A DNA stretch of 39,590 nt from a virus. Taxonomy: Duplodnaviria > Caudoviricetes. The position numbers and the translations under genes were made by a program. Every line of letters begins with the position of its first letter. The first letter of the stretch is position 1. This document shows, piece after piece, positions 1-9,197 of the stretch. The notes below the pieces were generated by a model that was not told the DNA's origin, ran no database searches, and saw only the letters and a program-made list of their open reading frames with translations. The DNA is taken from IMG/VR virus record IMGVR_UViG_3300032234_001100, positions 1 through 39,590 of that record; one strand, written 5' to 3'.

Positions 1-22
1 TTTTCACGTTCCAGGATGAATG

Positions 23-37
23 GAACATATAAAGAAC
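23..37. promoter_or_regulatory. Alphaproteobacterial LexA (SOS) box
   Basis: GAAC-atataaa-GAAC is an exact GAAC-N7-GAAC direct repeat in AT-rich intergenic DNA; the target gene probably lies left of the window. Confidence 0.7.
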
Positions 38-198
38 ATTGCTGCTGTGATTCGTCAATTCAGGTTGTTATACGGGTTTGTGCATCGTCCACTTCCGCTG
101 ACATGGTCGCCGTTCGAGGGCTTAGGCCGTCACGTTGGAATCTGGCATAGTCTATGAGCTGTCGCTGACGATCGCACAGTGGCAAGTGGGCTGCGATG

Positions 199-1062
199 TC
201 AGCCGTTCGAAGACGGAGGTGGAATGCCTTTGGAACACTCTGAGCGCTCGTAGTTATAGACTTCGCCCCCACGGCGTACGAACCGGCCACCGATTGGATC
301 AAACACCTGCGTAAAGCCGGAGATGTGGTGGCGCTGGAAGACGTCATCGTACCGGACAAAACCGATGATCCAAACGGATGCGTCGCCGGAGACAATTTTC
401 TCCACCGTGTCCAAGTCCCACTTGGCAAACAAGTTTTCGCTCTCAACGAATGGATCATCGCCGACGCATACCGTCCCGGGTGGGAGTTCTCGTCCGCCGA
501 CAGCCGACGGGTCGATTGGCGGTGCAATCGAACCTTTCTTAGCCACGTGCACATCCCATTCGATGCGTCGCAACCGGGCCATAGTCCGGCCGTGATTGTA
601 AATCGACAATTCCAATTGGGACCGCTTCAACTCGCCCCCTTCCAGCGTTAGGCCCGATCTGCTGACACCGCCAAAGACGATCGGGCGCTCAAGATCCAAC
701 AACGCCTTCTTTGACGTGTCGGCCATAGCTCGCGTCACCCACCATAGGCCGATGGTAGATAATGCCAGGAACGCTGTGAAAAATGCTAGGACCGCAGTGA
801 ACGCTGCAACCGGATCGCCCCAAATCTTGCCTCCGAAGGACCCTCGGTCTTCAGAAGCTCCATATCCTTGCTCGCACAGGGAGGCAGAATAGGAGGGGGT
901 GACCTCCCTAGATCCGGTCTTCTGAGGTGCCGAGAGTGCAGAATGGCGAGCGTTTGCAATAATCCCAGCGTCACTGCCCAAATGAGTTTGCGCTGGAGCT
1001 GCTGATACGTCCGTCGCTGCATTGGCGATCACAAGGGTAAGAGCTATTGCTGCAAATCGCAT
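199..1062 (-). CDS. Hypothetical membrane protein
   Basis: 287-aa ORF, signal-peptide-like N-terminus (MRFAAIALTLVIANAA), TM segment VAAFTAVLAFFTAFLALSTIGLWWV, GGAG upstream. Confidence 0.7.
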   Translation of the reverse strand: MRFAAIALTLVIANAATDVSAAPAQTHLGSDAGIIANARHSALSAPQKTGSREVTPSYSASLCEQGYGASEDRGSFGGKIWGDPVAAFTAVLAFFTAFLALSTIGLWWVTRAMADTSKKALLDLERPIVFGGVSRSGLTLEGGELKRSQLELSIYNHGRTMARLRRIEWDVHVAKKGSIAPPIDPSAVGGRELPPGTVCVGDDPFVESENLFAKWDLDTVEKIVSGDASVWIIGFVRYDDVFQRHHISGFTQVFDPIGGRFVRRGGEVYNYERSECSKGIPPPSSNG

Positions 1063-1401
1063 CGGTTCTGCTCCAGTTGGCTCTTCAATTTAGACCTGCG
1101 CTTACGGTGACGGCCGAAGATCGACAATGGCTCGAACCTGTTTCGGGCATAAAATGGGGTCAGGTGTCTATTATGAATCGCCTATTCCGCAGCCACTCAC
1201 GTCTTGAATGAGGATCTTGCTGCATGAACTTGACACCTCGAAACTTCCGTTCGTTAAAGCTTTAGATGCGAGGCGAGGTTCGATCGATGATGAGTGGCAT
1301 GCTTGGTGCTAGCACGTGGCTGCTAGTTGTCTTTGGCAAGTGCCCTGCAATGGTCACGAGCAATTCGCCGGGCCGAATCCGCATTTCGACCGGAGAATGA
1401 T

Positions 1402-2076
1402 ATGAGATTGCCAAGCGACGTGGCTGGGCGTGACGCCCGCGAGATGCGAGACCTCTTCCGGAAATTCATCGACGGAGGACAGGGGGGCTCTGGGGGCAAC
1501 GGCGTTCAGTCGGCCGCTGCGCGTCGCTTTGACACTGCGTGGGTCTGCGCCCAGTTGAATATGACGGAGGAAGTGGCCCGATCCTTAGTCGAATCGCTCG
1601 TGGAGGAGGGCTATCTAAAGGAGCGGCTTGTACCGGCGGTGAAAGGGATGGCCCTTGCCGCTCACATCGACCGGGATCCCATAACCCGTGCGGAAGCCGA
1701 TCGGATCATCGATGACCTTATCGCATGGGCAACCAAGTTGGAGGCGACCGGACAGCGAATTCGGGTCAAGTCGTTGGAGATCTTTGGAAGCTACCTGACC
1801 AACGCGGACACCCTCGGCGACATTGACGTCGTCGTGATCTTCACCACTCACGACCTAATGCTGTCGGGCGACTTACAATTCGAAGATTTAGAACGCGAAG
1901 AAGAGCTGGCCGACGAGATTGCTTCGCTCTCAGAATACATCTCGCCTGCCCGCCTTTGGGACAGGCTGACCTTAGCGAGCGAGGAATTCAGATTGATCTT
2001 TGGGCACTACGTCCCCGATCCAGTCCTTGAGGAAGAATTGGATCAACCTTACCAGGCGGGCGCTGGCGAAAGCTAA
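1402..2076 (+). CDS. Nucleotidyltransferase (Pol-beta/MNT superfamily) with N-terminal winged-helix-like region
   Basis: Motif IFGSYL-x6-GDIDVVVIF (GS...DxD); ATG 1402 preceded by GGAG; N-terminal segment VCAQLNMTEEVARSLVESLVEEGYL is wHTH-like. Confidence 0.75.
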   Translation: MRLPSDVAGRDAREMRDLFRKFIDGGQGGSGGNGVQSAAARRFDTAWVCAQLNMTEEVARSLVESLVEEGYLKERLVPAVKGMALAAHIDRDPITRAEADRIIDDLIAWATKLEATGQRIRVKSLEIFGSYLTNADTLGDIDVVVIFTTHDLMLSGDLQFEDLEREEELADEIASLSEYISPARLWDRLTLASEEFRLIFGHYVPDPVLEEELDQPYQAGAGES

Positions 2077-2269
2077 CCTCTCGATGGGTTGTAGCTTGGG
2101 TCGCTAATCGAACGCAGAGTTCCAGCATGGTTGGATCTCTTCGCTGTGTCGTGTAGCCCGGCGCCAATAGAGCTGACGTTAATCCACCCTAGTCACCATC
2201 TTATGAGCTGCGATCGGTCATGCACTGAAAGCCCCTAACCGAGACGCGACCTTGGGCATTCGTCCATTG

Positions 2270-4600
2270 TTAAACGCGCACTCGTGCGCGCAAGCGCGCA
2301 TAAAGCTGGACTTCTTGCTGATGTTCCAATTCGACGGTTACAGCGAAGCGCTGTGTGGTTACGAAGCTTTCTGCCCACCCGCTCTCGCATCGAATGACCA
2401 AATAGTAGTCTTGACCGTAGGCGTCGGTGTCTTTGGTAAAGGTGATGCAGGCCGACTGCACCGTGCCCTTTTCGCGCTGCTGCGGGCCGGGGAGAAGATT
2501 GCAATTATATCGACCCTCGATGTCGGGATGCCGGCCTTCTTCCTTGGTTCGACGCCGGAAATGATCAAATATCAGTTCCGGGTCGCAACCCCGCAACACC
2601 CGAAAGCTCATGCCCACTCCGGCATAATCCGCGCGCGAGTGGCGAACGGGAGGGTCGTAAGCGAGCGTCACTCGCAGCGTACGCTTCCCGCCACCCTGAA
2701 ATTCGACAGGGATCGGCATATGGTAAACTGCGAAATGATCGAGCTGCAGTTCGTCTTCTGCGTATAGAATGACGCGGTGGTCGTCGGAATAGGCGGCGCG
2801 CTGCGGATCGACGCGACCATAGCCGCAAATGCTGCGCGCAGCATCGCTCCCATGGGCAGCCAGTTTTGACGCCGCTTCCTCTGGTATAACTGCGGCGCCG
2901 ACAAGAAGCGCGCGCAGCAGATTAGCCGACGCGTTCGGAAATTGTCGAAGCAGGTGGCTTGCCTTGTGCGCGACCATTGGCGCTGAATAGGATGTGCCGG
3001 AACCTGAAGTGAATAACCGGTCAAGGAATTGGTGGTGCAGGGTCATCATTCCGGCTGTGGGAAGATCTTCGCCCTTGCGTAGTCGCGCGACCACAGGATC
3101 AAAGACCATTGTCCCGCCAAGATCGACGAGGTCAGGCTTGACCGCTCCGTTGATCCCCGGCCCGATTCTCGTGAACGGAGCAGGTTCGAGTGCGCGCGTG
3201 ATCGGGCGGACCTTTACGTCCTCTTCGAACTCAGGACCGAGCCCTTCATCATGTGCAAGCGCACCTACGGTTACTACATTCATTGCACCCGCTGGCTCGC
3301 AGAAGCGGTTCGCGGATTCGAGCAGGTACCCTGGGTACTCAGTGACGGCCTGCTCGATCCGATTGCCGCCACGCGGCTGGCGATTGCCGGCTGAAACGAT
3401 AATGAGGACATTCAGTTCGCGGGCCAGCTCATCTAGGGTCGCTGCCCACGCGCCAACTTTGCTCCCATCGTAGGTGCGCTTTGCATCGCCGAGCGAGATC
3501 ACGAAGATTCGACAACCGAACTCTTGGGCAAGCCGCGTAATCGCTTGGCGCATTTGTGCCGGAACCAATCGGCGATCGTCGAAGTTTCCAGAATCGTTGA
3601 CAACTTTTGCCGACGCGATCCGTGCGTGGCGTAGCAGTGTGCCGGTGCTGAGCTGACTGCGAAGGTCGCCAAATAGGGCGACGCCGGCGACACGCGTACC
3701 ATGACCCCAAGCATCTGCAGAACCAAGTTCTTCGGGAACGCCGATCGCACCCACCAACACGTCCTCGATAAACGGATGAGCGTTCAATCCGCTATCGATA
3801 ACGCCGATTGTGGGAGTGTTTGCGTCAACAGGGCCAAGCGTGGGCAGAGCGTCCAAGGTAAGCTGCAGTGCTTCTCCGGTGGTGACATCGGCTTTTGGAG
3901 GAAGGTCTACGGCTTGGATGTCTTCTATCGTTAGCAGCGTCCGAACAATCTGGCCCGCGCAGCGAGTGCGCAGCATTGTGATTGACGGGCCGATGTAGCG
4001 ATCAATCACCTCACCATCACGCGCCGCGATATAGTTCTCAAGCTGCTCGAGCTTCCGCGCCCTGAGTTCCCGGCGTCCGAGATCCCAGAGCTCTATGTCG
4101 AGCAGATAACTTACATCGTCCAGAAAATCGTCTGTCGCTGTGAAGCCTTCTTCGCGAAGTGCAATTCCGATCCGGTCCTGTGGAGTGAGAGAGCCAATCT
4201 CCTCAATGCCGCCAATGAACGCCGCGTACGGTGTGCCCTTCTGATCGGGCGGCGGACCGCCTGCGAATGCAGCGAGCCGCTCGCGGAACGCTGCCATGTC
4301 TTCGCTTGAGGAAAAAAGGACGAGCGTGCGATCAGGATCACTTGCGAGTAAGGTGAGGCCGAGCTGTTCCCAATCCGCTTCCATCGCGCCACCAGTCATC
4401 CGCACGCGGAGCACCAATGACGGATCGACAAACTCGGGCTTGCGGCGTTCGCGCTGCTCGGCGACGGCGGTATCGAGTTGAGCGCCGATCTTCGCGCTGT
4501 GAACGCCGATGTTCCGTTCGGGTGCGCGGCCGCCACCATGTTTCCTGCGCTCGAGTTGCTCAGGCAACCGGATCAGTTGCAAATGCTCGTAGTTTGCCAC
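2270..4600 (-). CDS. ietS: S8 subtilisin-like serine protease, IetS/IteS type
   Basis: Catalytic triad IGVIDSG, WGHGTRVAG, SGTSYSAP; oxyanion SAGN; no signal peptide; directly downstream of an AAA ATPase. Confidence 0.88.
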   Translation of the reverse strand: MANYEHLQLIRLPEQLERRKHGGGRAPERNIGVHSAKIGAQLDTAVAEQRERRKPEFVDPSLVLRVRMTGGAMEADWEQLGLTLLASDPDRTLVLFSSSEDMAAFRERLAAFAGGPPPDQKGTPYAAFIGGIEEIGSLTPQDRIGIALREEGFTATDDFLDDVSYLLDIELWDLGRRELRARKLEQLENYIAARDGEVIDRYIGPSITMLRTRCAGQIVRTLLTIEDIQAVDLPPKADVTTGEALQLTLDALPTLGPVDANTPTIGVIDSGLNAHPFIEDVLVGAIGVPEELGSADAWGHGTRVAGVALFGDLRSQLSTGTLLRHARIASAKVVNDSGNFDDRRLVPAQMRQAITRLAQEFGCRIFVISLGDAKRTYDGSKVGAWAATLDELARELNVLIIVSAGNRQPRGGNRIEQAVTEYPGYLLESANRFCEPAGAMNVVTVGALAHDEGLGPEFEEDVKVRPITRALEPAPFTRIGPGINGAVKPDLVDLGGTMVFDPVVARLRKGEDLPTAGMMTLHHQFLDRLFTSGSGTSYSAPMVAHKASHLLRQFPNASANLLRALLVGAAVIPEEAASKLAAHGSDAARSICGYGRVDPQRAAYSDDHRVILYAEDELQLDHFAVYHMPIPVEFQGGGKRTLRVTLAYDPPVRHSRADYAGVGMSFRVLRGCDPELIFDHFRRRTKEEGRHPDIEGRYNCNLLPGPQQREKGTVQSACITFTKDTDAYGQDYYLVIRCESGWAESFVTTQRFAVTVELEHQQEVQLYARLRARVRV

Positions 4601-4606
4601 TGGGTG

Positions 4607-5596
4607 TCAGCCGACCTCGCGTAGACGCCCAGCTCGGTGACGTCGGCGTTTTTCGTCAGCGATAGCGCGGGTGAAGTCACGCTCCCGGACCTCCTTGCGG
4701 CGATCAATGATGCTGCTCTTCAGCGCGCCGACGCAGATGCGCTCTAGTTCAGCGAACGAAAAACCCTCCAAGGCACCGAGATGGACGAGTGGATCAAAAG
4801 TCAATCGAGCGTTACGGAACTTGAGTTTAAGGTAACGACCAGCCGCAGCGCGGTCAGGTCGATCGAACCAAATCACCTCGTCGAACCGCCGCCAAACGGC
4901 GGGATCGAGCGAGTCATCGAGATTGGTTGCGGCGATGAGGAAGCCCTTTGGCCGGATGCGGTCGATGAACAGCAACAGGCTGTTCACAACACGCCGCAGC
5001 TCATGATGATCACCAGCATCGTCTCGCGCGCGCGCCAGCGCGTCGAACTCGTCAAACAGCAGAACGCAAGGCTGCGTGCGGGCGAACTCAAAAATCTTGC
5101 GTACGTTAGTCGCAGTCTCGCCGAGGTAGGATGAGATCAACCGGTCGAGCTTGACGGTGAATAGCGGCAATCCGGTCTCGCGTGCGAACACTTCGGCGGA
5201 CAGCGTCTTGCCGCATCCTGGCGGCCCGCAGAACAACAGTTTCGACCTGACAGAAAGGCCGTGGCGGTGAACATCGTCCGCCCGGCGATACTCGCGAATT
5301 AGATCGAGAAAGATCCGCACATTTTCTGCGCTCAACACCACGTCGTCGCGCGTGTGTTGGGGCTCAATTCTCTCGACGAAATCGCTAGCTGCGTCAGGAA
5401 AAGGGATAAGCGGCGCAAGACCACGCGGCACAGAATTAGAAGAACCGGCATGTTCCAGCGTCTTACGCAGCGAGCGCGCCAAGACGCGGTTGTTCTTTTT
5501 TTCCTCTTCGGAGATGATTTGCTCGGCTACTGCTCGGAATTCTTCATCCCGCCCGTAGCTGCCAAGCAGCTTTTTCATAAGTTCGCCGCGTGCCAT
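4607..5596 (-). CDS. ietA: AAA+ ATPase, IetA/IteA type
   Basis: Walker A GPPGCGKT, Walker B LLFDEFD, sensor-1 AATN, SRH DPAVWRRFD; 6-bp gap to the S8 protease gene. Confidence 0.9.
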   Translation of the reverse strand: MARGELMKKLLGSYGRDEEFRAVAEQIISEEEKKNNRVLARSLRKTLEHAGSSNSVPRGLAPLIPFPDAASDFVERIEPQHTRDDVVLSAENVRIFLDLIREYRRADDVHRHGLSVRSKLLFCGPPGCGKTLSAEVFARETGLPLFTVKLDRLISSYLGETATNVRKIFEFARTQPCVLLFDEFDALARARDDAGDHHELRRVVNSLLLFIDRIRPKGFLIAATNLDDSLDPAVWRRFDEVIWFDRPDRAAAGRYLKLKFRNARLTFDPLVHLGALEGFSFAELERICVGALKSSIIDRRKEVRERDFTRAIADEKRRRHRAGRLREVG

Positions 5597-5858
5597 CCTA
5601 TTAGCCTATCTTGAGTGGGAGGCCCGAAATCACCAACCTCAGTTGCAATCGCTACCGCGATTCTGCACGATCAGCGTCTCTGCAGCAACAACCTTTCTAT
5701 TTCTGAGCGCGATAATCCTGTGGGCGGTTGCAATTTGGTTCGAGCGAGACGCTATTTTCACGCCTGCGGGGCAACCAGAAGTGGAGCGTTGAACCTGGGG
5801 TGAGGGTGCCCCCCTCGATGCCGCGTATGTGAGGGCTGAACCCTTCAACCCTCCACAC

Positions 5859-6527
5859 TCAAATCTCCCGCGCGAACCATCGAACCCTTCCAACGATGTT
5901 CACCTCGTCGGCAGTGCGCTCGTATGCCGAGTAGGTCTTGTTGTCAGAGATGACGTGCATGACCGGCGGATCGCTGTTCGGGATGTGCTCCAGCCGCTTG
6001 GCAACCAGGCCAATCCCATCATGCAGCACGAATACGCCCGGTGGGGTTGGCACCGCGCGGCCCATGTCTACCAGGACGATGTCACCATCCCGCAGCGTCG
6101 GCTCCATGCTGTCGCCTACGACATGCATGATCCGCAGCTTGTCGGGATCCGCCCGCAGGCCGTGAGTGATCCAGGTCTTCTGGAAATGATAGGGCTTGCC
6201 GTGGTCGGGCTCGATCTCGACGATCGCCCCGCCGCCCATCTCGGGCTTCACGTTGGCGTAGGGGACGGCGACGTACACATCGTCGGGATTTGTGAGAGCG
6301 GGTTCATCCCCTTCAACATCGCCCACGCCATCACGCAGCCAGTCCCGTCCAACCTTCAGCACCTCGGCAATCCGTTCGAGCTTCTCGAGGTTGGGGTTCT
6401 CAGATCGGCCGCGCAGAATGTCGTACACGTATGACCGGTTCACCCCTGCCTGGGCTGCAAGCTGCGGAGGGTTCAACCCTAATTGCCGGGTCCTCGCTCT
6501 AAGGCGTTCGGCAATGGTGGCTTGCAT
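5859..6527 (-). CDS. CI-like phage repressor (XRE HTH + S24 peptidase)
   Basis: HTH LAAQAGVNRSYVYDILRG; S24 motifs VGDSMEPTL (Ser) and VAKRL (Lys); ends IVGRVRW; ATG 6527 with AGGAGG upstream. Confidence 0.92.
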   Translation of the reverse strand: MQATIAERLRARTRQLGLNPPQLAAQAGVNRSYVYDILRGRSENPNLEKLERIAEVLKVGRDWLRDGVGDVEGDEPALTNPDDVYVAVPYANVKPEMGGGAIVEIEPDHGKPYHFQKTWITHGLRADPDKLRIMHVVGDSMEPTLRDGDIVLVDMGRAVPTPPGVFVLHDGIGLVAKRLEHIPNSDPPVMHVISDNKTYSAYERTADEVNIVGRVRWFAREI

Positions 6528-6594
6528 GACTCGGACACTCCTCCTGTGGATATTGTGGACAATGTAGGAAGATGTTGCATAGGTCAAACAAAAA

Positions 6595-6609
6595 GAACAT
6601 ACAGCGAAC
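6595..6609. promoter_or_regulatory. LexA (SOS) box in the immunity region
   Basis: GAAC-atacagc-GAAC (N7), ending 24 bp upstream of ATG 6634. Confidence 0.7.
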
Positions 6610-6633
6610 AGAATCGCGGAATCGGGTGGCGCA

Positions 6634-7323
6634 ATGAGGCTTATCGAGAAGGACTACTACACTCTGGGGGAAGTCGTGGCCGCCTGGGAGATGCCGCGAT
6701 ATGACGTTGTCTACCTGGCAGAGACCGGGCGCATGCGCCTGTCGGTCCGTGTTTGCCGTACCCATATTGAGCGGGGCTACTGGGAGCTCGAAGAGGGCTC
6801 AGGCTGGTTCAAGGTCCCGGAAGAGCGCACCCGCTACACGGGATTGGTCGACCTGAAGGAGCAGGATGCCCACCTGATCTTTCGGGATGGCGGCGCGGAA
6901 ATAGCGACCTTTTACACCTCAGAAGGCAGCTATTGCCATGTCGAGGAGCCCAGCACGCCCATCGCGATCTTCGAAACCGATCTGCTGCTGCGCGCTGATG
7001 AACGGCGCCGTTTGGAGCAGGGGAAGGACAAGCCGGACAAAGGGCTGGTCAAGCCTCCTTTCACGCACGACGCGACCTATGAGCATGTCGAGTACTGCGG
7101 CCGGCATTTCCGGTTCGGCCGGATCCAGGCCAATATCGTCAGGCAGCTTCACGAGGCGAGCGAGACGGCCATGCCGTGGCGCCGAGGTGAAGAGTTGCTC
7201 GGGCTGGCGGAGTCCGGCTGCTACCGGCTGGTCGACGTGTTCAAGTCCAAGCCCCATTGGCGCGAGTTGATCCACTCCGACAATCGCGGCGCATACAGGC
7301 TTGCTATCCCACCCCACCTTTGA
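6634..7323 (+). CDS. Putative transcriptional regulator (HTH-like N-terminus, winged-helix-like C-terminus)
   Basis: 229-aa ORF divergent from cI; N-term YYTLGEVVAAWEM...YLAETG; C-term FRFGRIQANIVRQLHEA...NRGAYRL. Confidence 0.6.
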   Translation: MRLIEKDYYTLGEVVAAWEMPRYDVVYLAETGRMRLSVRVCRTHIERGYWELEEGSGWFKVPEERTRYTGLVDLKEQDAHLIFRDGGAEIATFYTSEGSYCHVEEPSTPIAIFETDLLLRADERRRLEQGKDKPDKGLVKPPFTHDATYEHVEYCGRHFRFGRIQANIVRQLHEASETAMPWRRGEELLGLAESGCYRLVDVFKSKPHWRELIHSDNRGAYRLAIPPHL

Positions 7324-7345
7324 ACGGTTGAACCCACGAAATTGC

Positions 7346-7375
7346 GCCGCCGAGACCGAGTTTCGGCGGCTTTTT
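7346..7375 (+). terminator. Intrinsic terminator
   Basis: GCCGCCGAGA-ccgag-TTTCGGCGGC followed by TTTTT. Confidence 0.8.
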
Positions 7376-7387
7376 CGTGTCTGAGGC

Positions 7388-7501
7388 ATCCCACCCTTAA
7401 CCCCATGCCGAACTACGATATCCCACTTCCATCCCACGGGGGTGGGATGATTGTCCCACTCGACTTTCTGATTTCATCCCACCCTCAGGGTCACGCGGGA
7501 T
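7388..7501. repeat. Array of ATCCCAC boxes upstream of the early operon
   Basis: ATCCCAC at 7388, 7420, 7431, 7476; GTCCCAC at 7453; inverted GTGGGAT at 7442 and GCGGGAT at 7495; a further copy at 7306. Confidence 0.8.
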
Positions 7502-7553
7502 GCGCTGCCATGCGCCACTTCTTGTCCATCGACGACGCAGATGGAGAAATTAA

Positions 7554-7748
7554 GTGCAACCCGTCTTTCTTGCTCAACGTGACCTTGCCGCTCGCTGGCA
7601 TATGTCACCCAGAACCCTTGAACGCTGGCGTTGGTCCGGCAAGGGCCCCGCGTTTGTGAAACTCGGCGGCCGGGTGGTCTACCGCCTGGAAGTGATCGAG
7701 ACCTTCGAAGCCGAAGGCAACCGCACCATCACCGGGCGGTTCCAATGA
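7554..7748 (+). CDS. Excisionase/AlpA-like small HTH DNA-binding protein
   Basis: LAQRDLAARWHMSPRTLERWRWSGKGPAFVKLGGRVVYRL; GTG start with GGAG RBS. Confidence 0.85.
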   Translation: MQPVFLAQRDLAARWHMSPRTLERWRWSGKGPAFVKLGGRVVYRLEVIETFEAEGNRTITGRFQ

Positions 7749-8533
7749 CAAACGCCTTCGAACGCCACGGGCTTGATCACCTCTCGGCCTCCTCCATCAA
7801 CCTGTTCGTCGCGCAGCCGGCGATGTGGGCAATGCAGAAGCTCCTCGGGCACAAGTCCCGGGTTGGCGCGGCAGCCCACCGCGGCACGGCTGTCGAAGCG
7901 GGTGTCGAGATGGGGCTGTTTGACCCAAATCTTCCGCTCGAGGATTGCCAAGAGGCCGCACACGCCAGGTTCAACCAGCTGACCGCATTGTCGGCGGATC
8001 CCAATGTCGAGAAGGAGCGCGCAGGCATTGCCTCGGCCGTTGCCATCGCGCTCAGTGAGTTGCGCCAATATGGCATCCCCGGCTCCGCTGATGGCACCCG
8101 CCAGCACAGGATCGAGGTGGAACTGCCCGGTGTGCCGGTACCTTTCATCGGCTGGCTCGACTTTTGGTATCCAGACCACGGCATTATCATCGATCTTAAG
8201 ACACAAGGGCGCCTGTCTTCGAAGATCTCTGATCCCCATGCCCGGCAGGGCGCGATCTATCACGCTGCCCATGGCAACAACGAGATCCGCTTCGCCTACG
8301 TCACGCCCCAAAAGATCGGCGTCTACCGGCTGGAAGATCCGCGAACGCACATCGCCCGCGTGGTCAGCATCGCCAGATCCATCGAGCGGTTCCTGAGCCT
8401 GTCGGAAGACGGGGCTGAACTGACTGCTGCGCTCTCACCGGATCTGGACAGCTTCTACTGGAACGATCCCGGCGCGCGCGCGGCGGCTGAAGAAATCTGG
8501 GGCCTCGCCCCCGAGGCTATGCCGCAGGCCTGA
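7745..8533 (+). CDS. PD-(D/E)XK nuclease family protein (RecB-like phage exonuclease)
   Basis: HLSASSIN, RGTAVE, GWLDF...IIDLKT, QGAIY; ATGA overlap with the upstream gene. Confidence 0.8.
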   Translation: MTNAFERHGLDHLSASSINLFVAQPAMWAMQKLLGHKSRVGAAAHRGTAVEAGVEMGLFDPNLPLEDCQEAAHARFNQLTALSADPNVEKERAGIASAVAIALSELRQYGIPGSADGTRQHRIEVELPGVPVPFIGWLDFWYPDHGIIIDLKTQGRLSSKISDPHARQGAIYHAAHGNNEIRFAYVTPQKIGVYRLEDPRTHIARVVSIARSIERFLSLSEDGAELTAALSPDLDSFYWNDPGARAAAEEIWGLAPEAMPQA

Positions 8534-8570
8534 CACGCGGAAACTTCCAAGCAAACAAGGAAACAGGAAA

Positions 8571-9197
8571 ATGGGTTTTATGTCTGTCCCGTCGTCTGGC
8601 GGGGATTTCAAGGTGTTCGTCGCCTACAATGCGAAGGCCGGTCGCTGGTACACGAAGAATGACGGCAAGGATGAGCCGATGTTCGAGGTGACCGACATGA
8701 CTGCGGTCTTCGATATGCCCAATCTCGAGACCGGCTGGTTCAAGTTCAGTTCTGGCGTCGCCCCGGAAAAGGTCATGGATCCCTCGCTGGCAGAAGCTGC
8801 TCCCAATCCGGGGGCGGACTTCAAGCGCGGGTTCCAAATCGATCTGTATTCCGAGAAGAACCTGATGGGGCTTCGGGAATTCAGCTCGACCGCGGGGATC
8901 GTCATTGAGGCCATGAACAACCTCTATGATCTCTGGATGGCGGCTCCCGAAAATGCCTCGGGCAAGCTGCCGGTGGTCCGGTGTTCGGGTGTGCTTCCGA
9001 TCTCAAACAAGCACGGCACCAACTACCAGCCGACGTTCGAGATTGTGGGCTGGACTGATCGGCCGGCCGCTCTCGCCGGGAGTGGGTCATCCCCTCCGCC
9101 AGCTGCCGCATCTGCACAGGCCGCGCCTCAGCCGCCGGCACAGCATATGCCGCCGCCCGCGGCTGGTAGCGCGAAGGTCGGCGCGCCGCTGTTCTGA
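8571..9197 (+). CDS. Hypothetical protein, probable ssDNA-binding/annealing protein
   Basis: Between exonuclease and primase; aromatic beta-rich core, NYQPTFEIVGWTDRP motif, Pro/Ala-rich tail ending in F. Confidence 0.55.
   Translation: MGFMSVPSSGGDFKVFVAYNAKAGRWYTKNDGKDEPMFEVTDMTAVFDMPNLETGWFKFSSGVAPEKVMDPSLAEAAPNPGADFKRGFQIDLYSEKNLMGLREFSSTAGIVIEAMNNLYDLWMAAPENASGKLPVVRCSGVLPISNKHGTNYQPTFEIVGWTDRPAALAGSGSSPPPAAASAQAAPQPPAQHMPPPAAGSAKVGAPLF

Noticed and set aside
7306-7501. ATCCCAC array as mini-CRISPR or as ORF 7342-7659
   Set aside because: 7-bp units in mixed orientation with irregular spacing; the ORF crosses a terminator and overlaps the HTH gene
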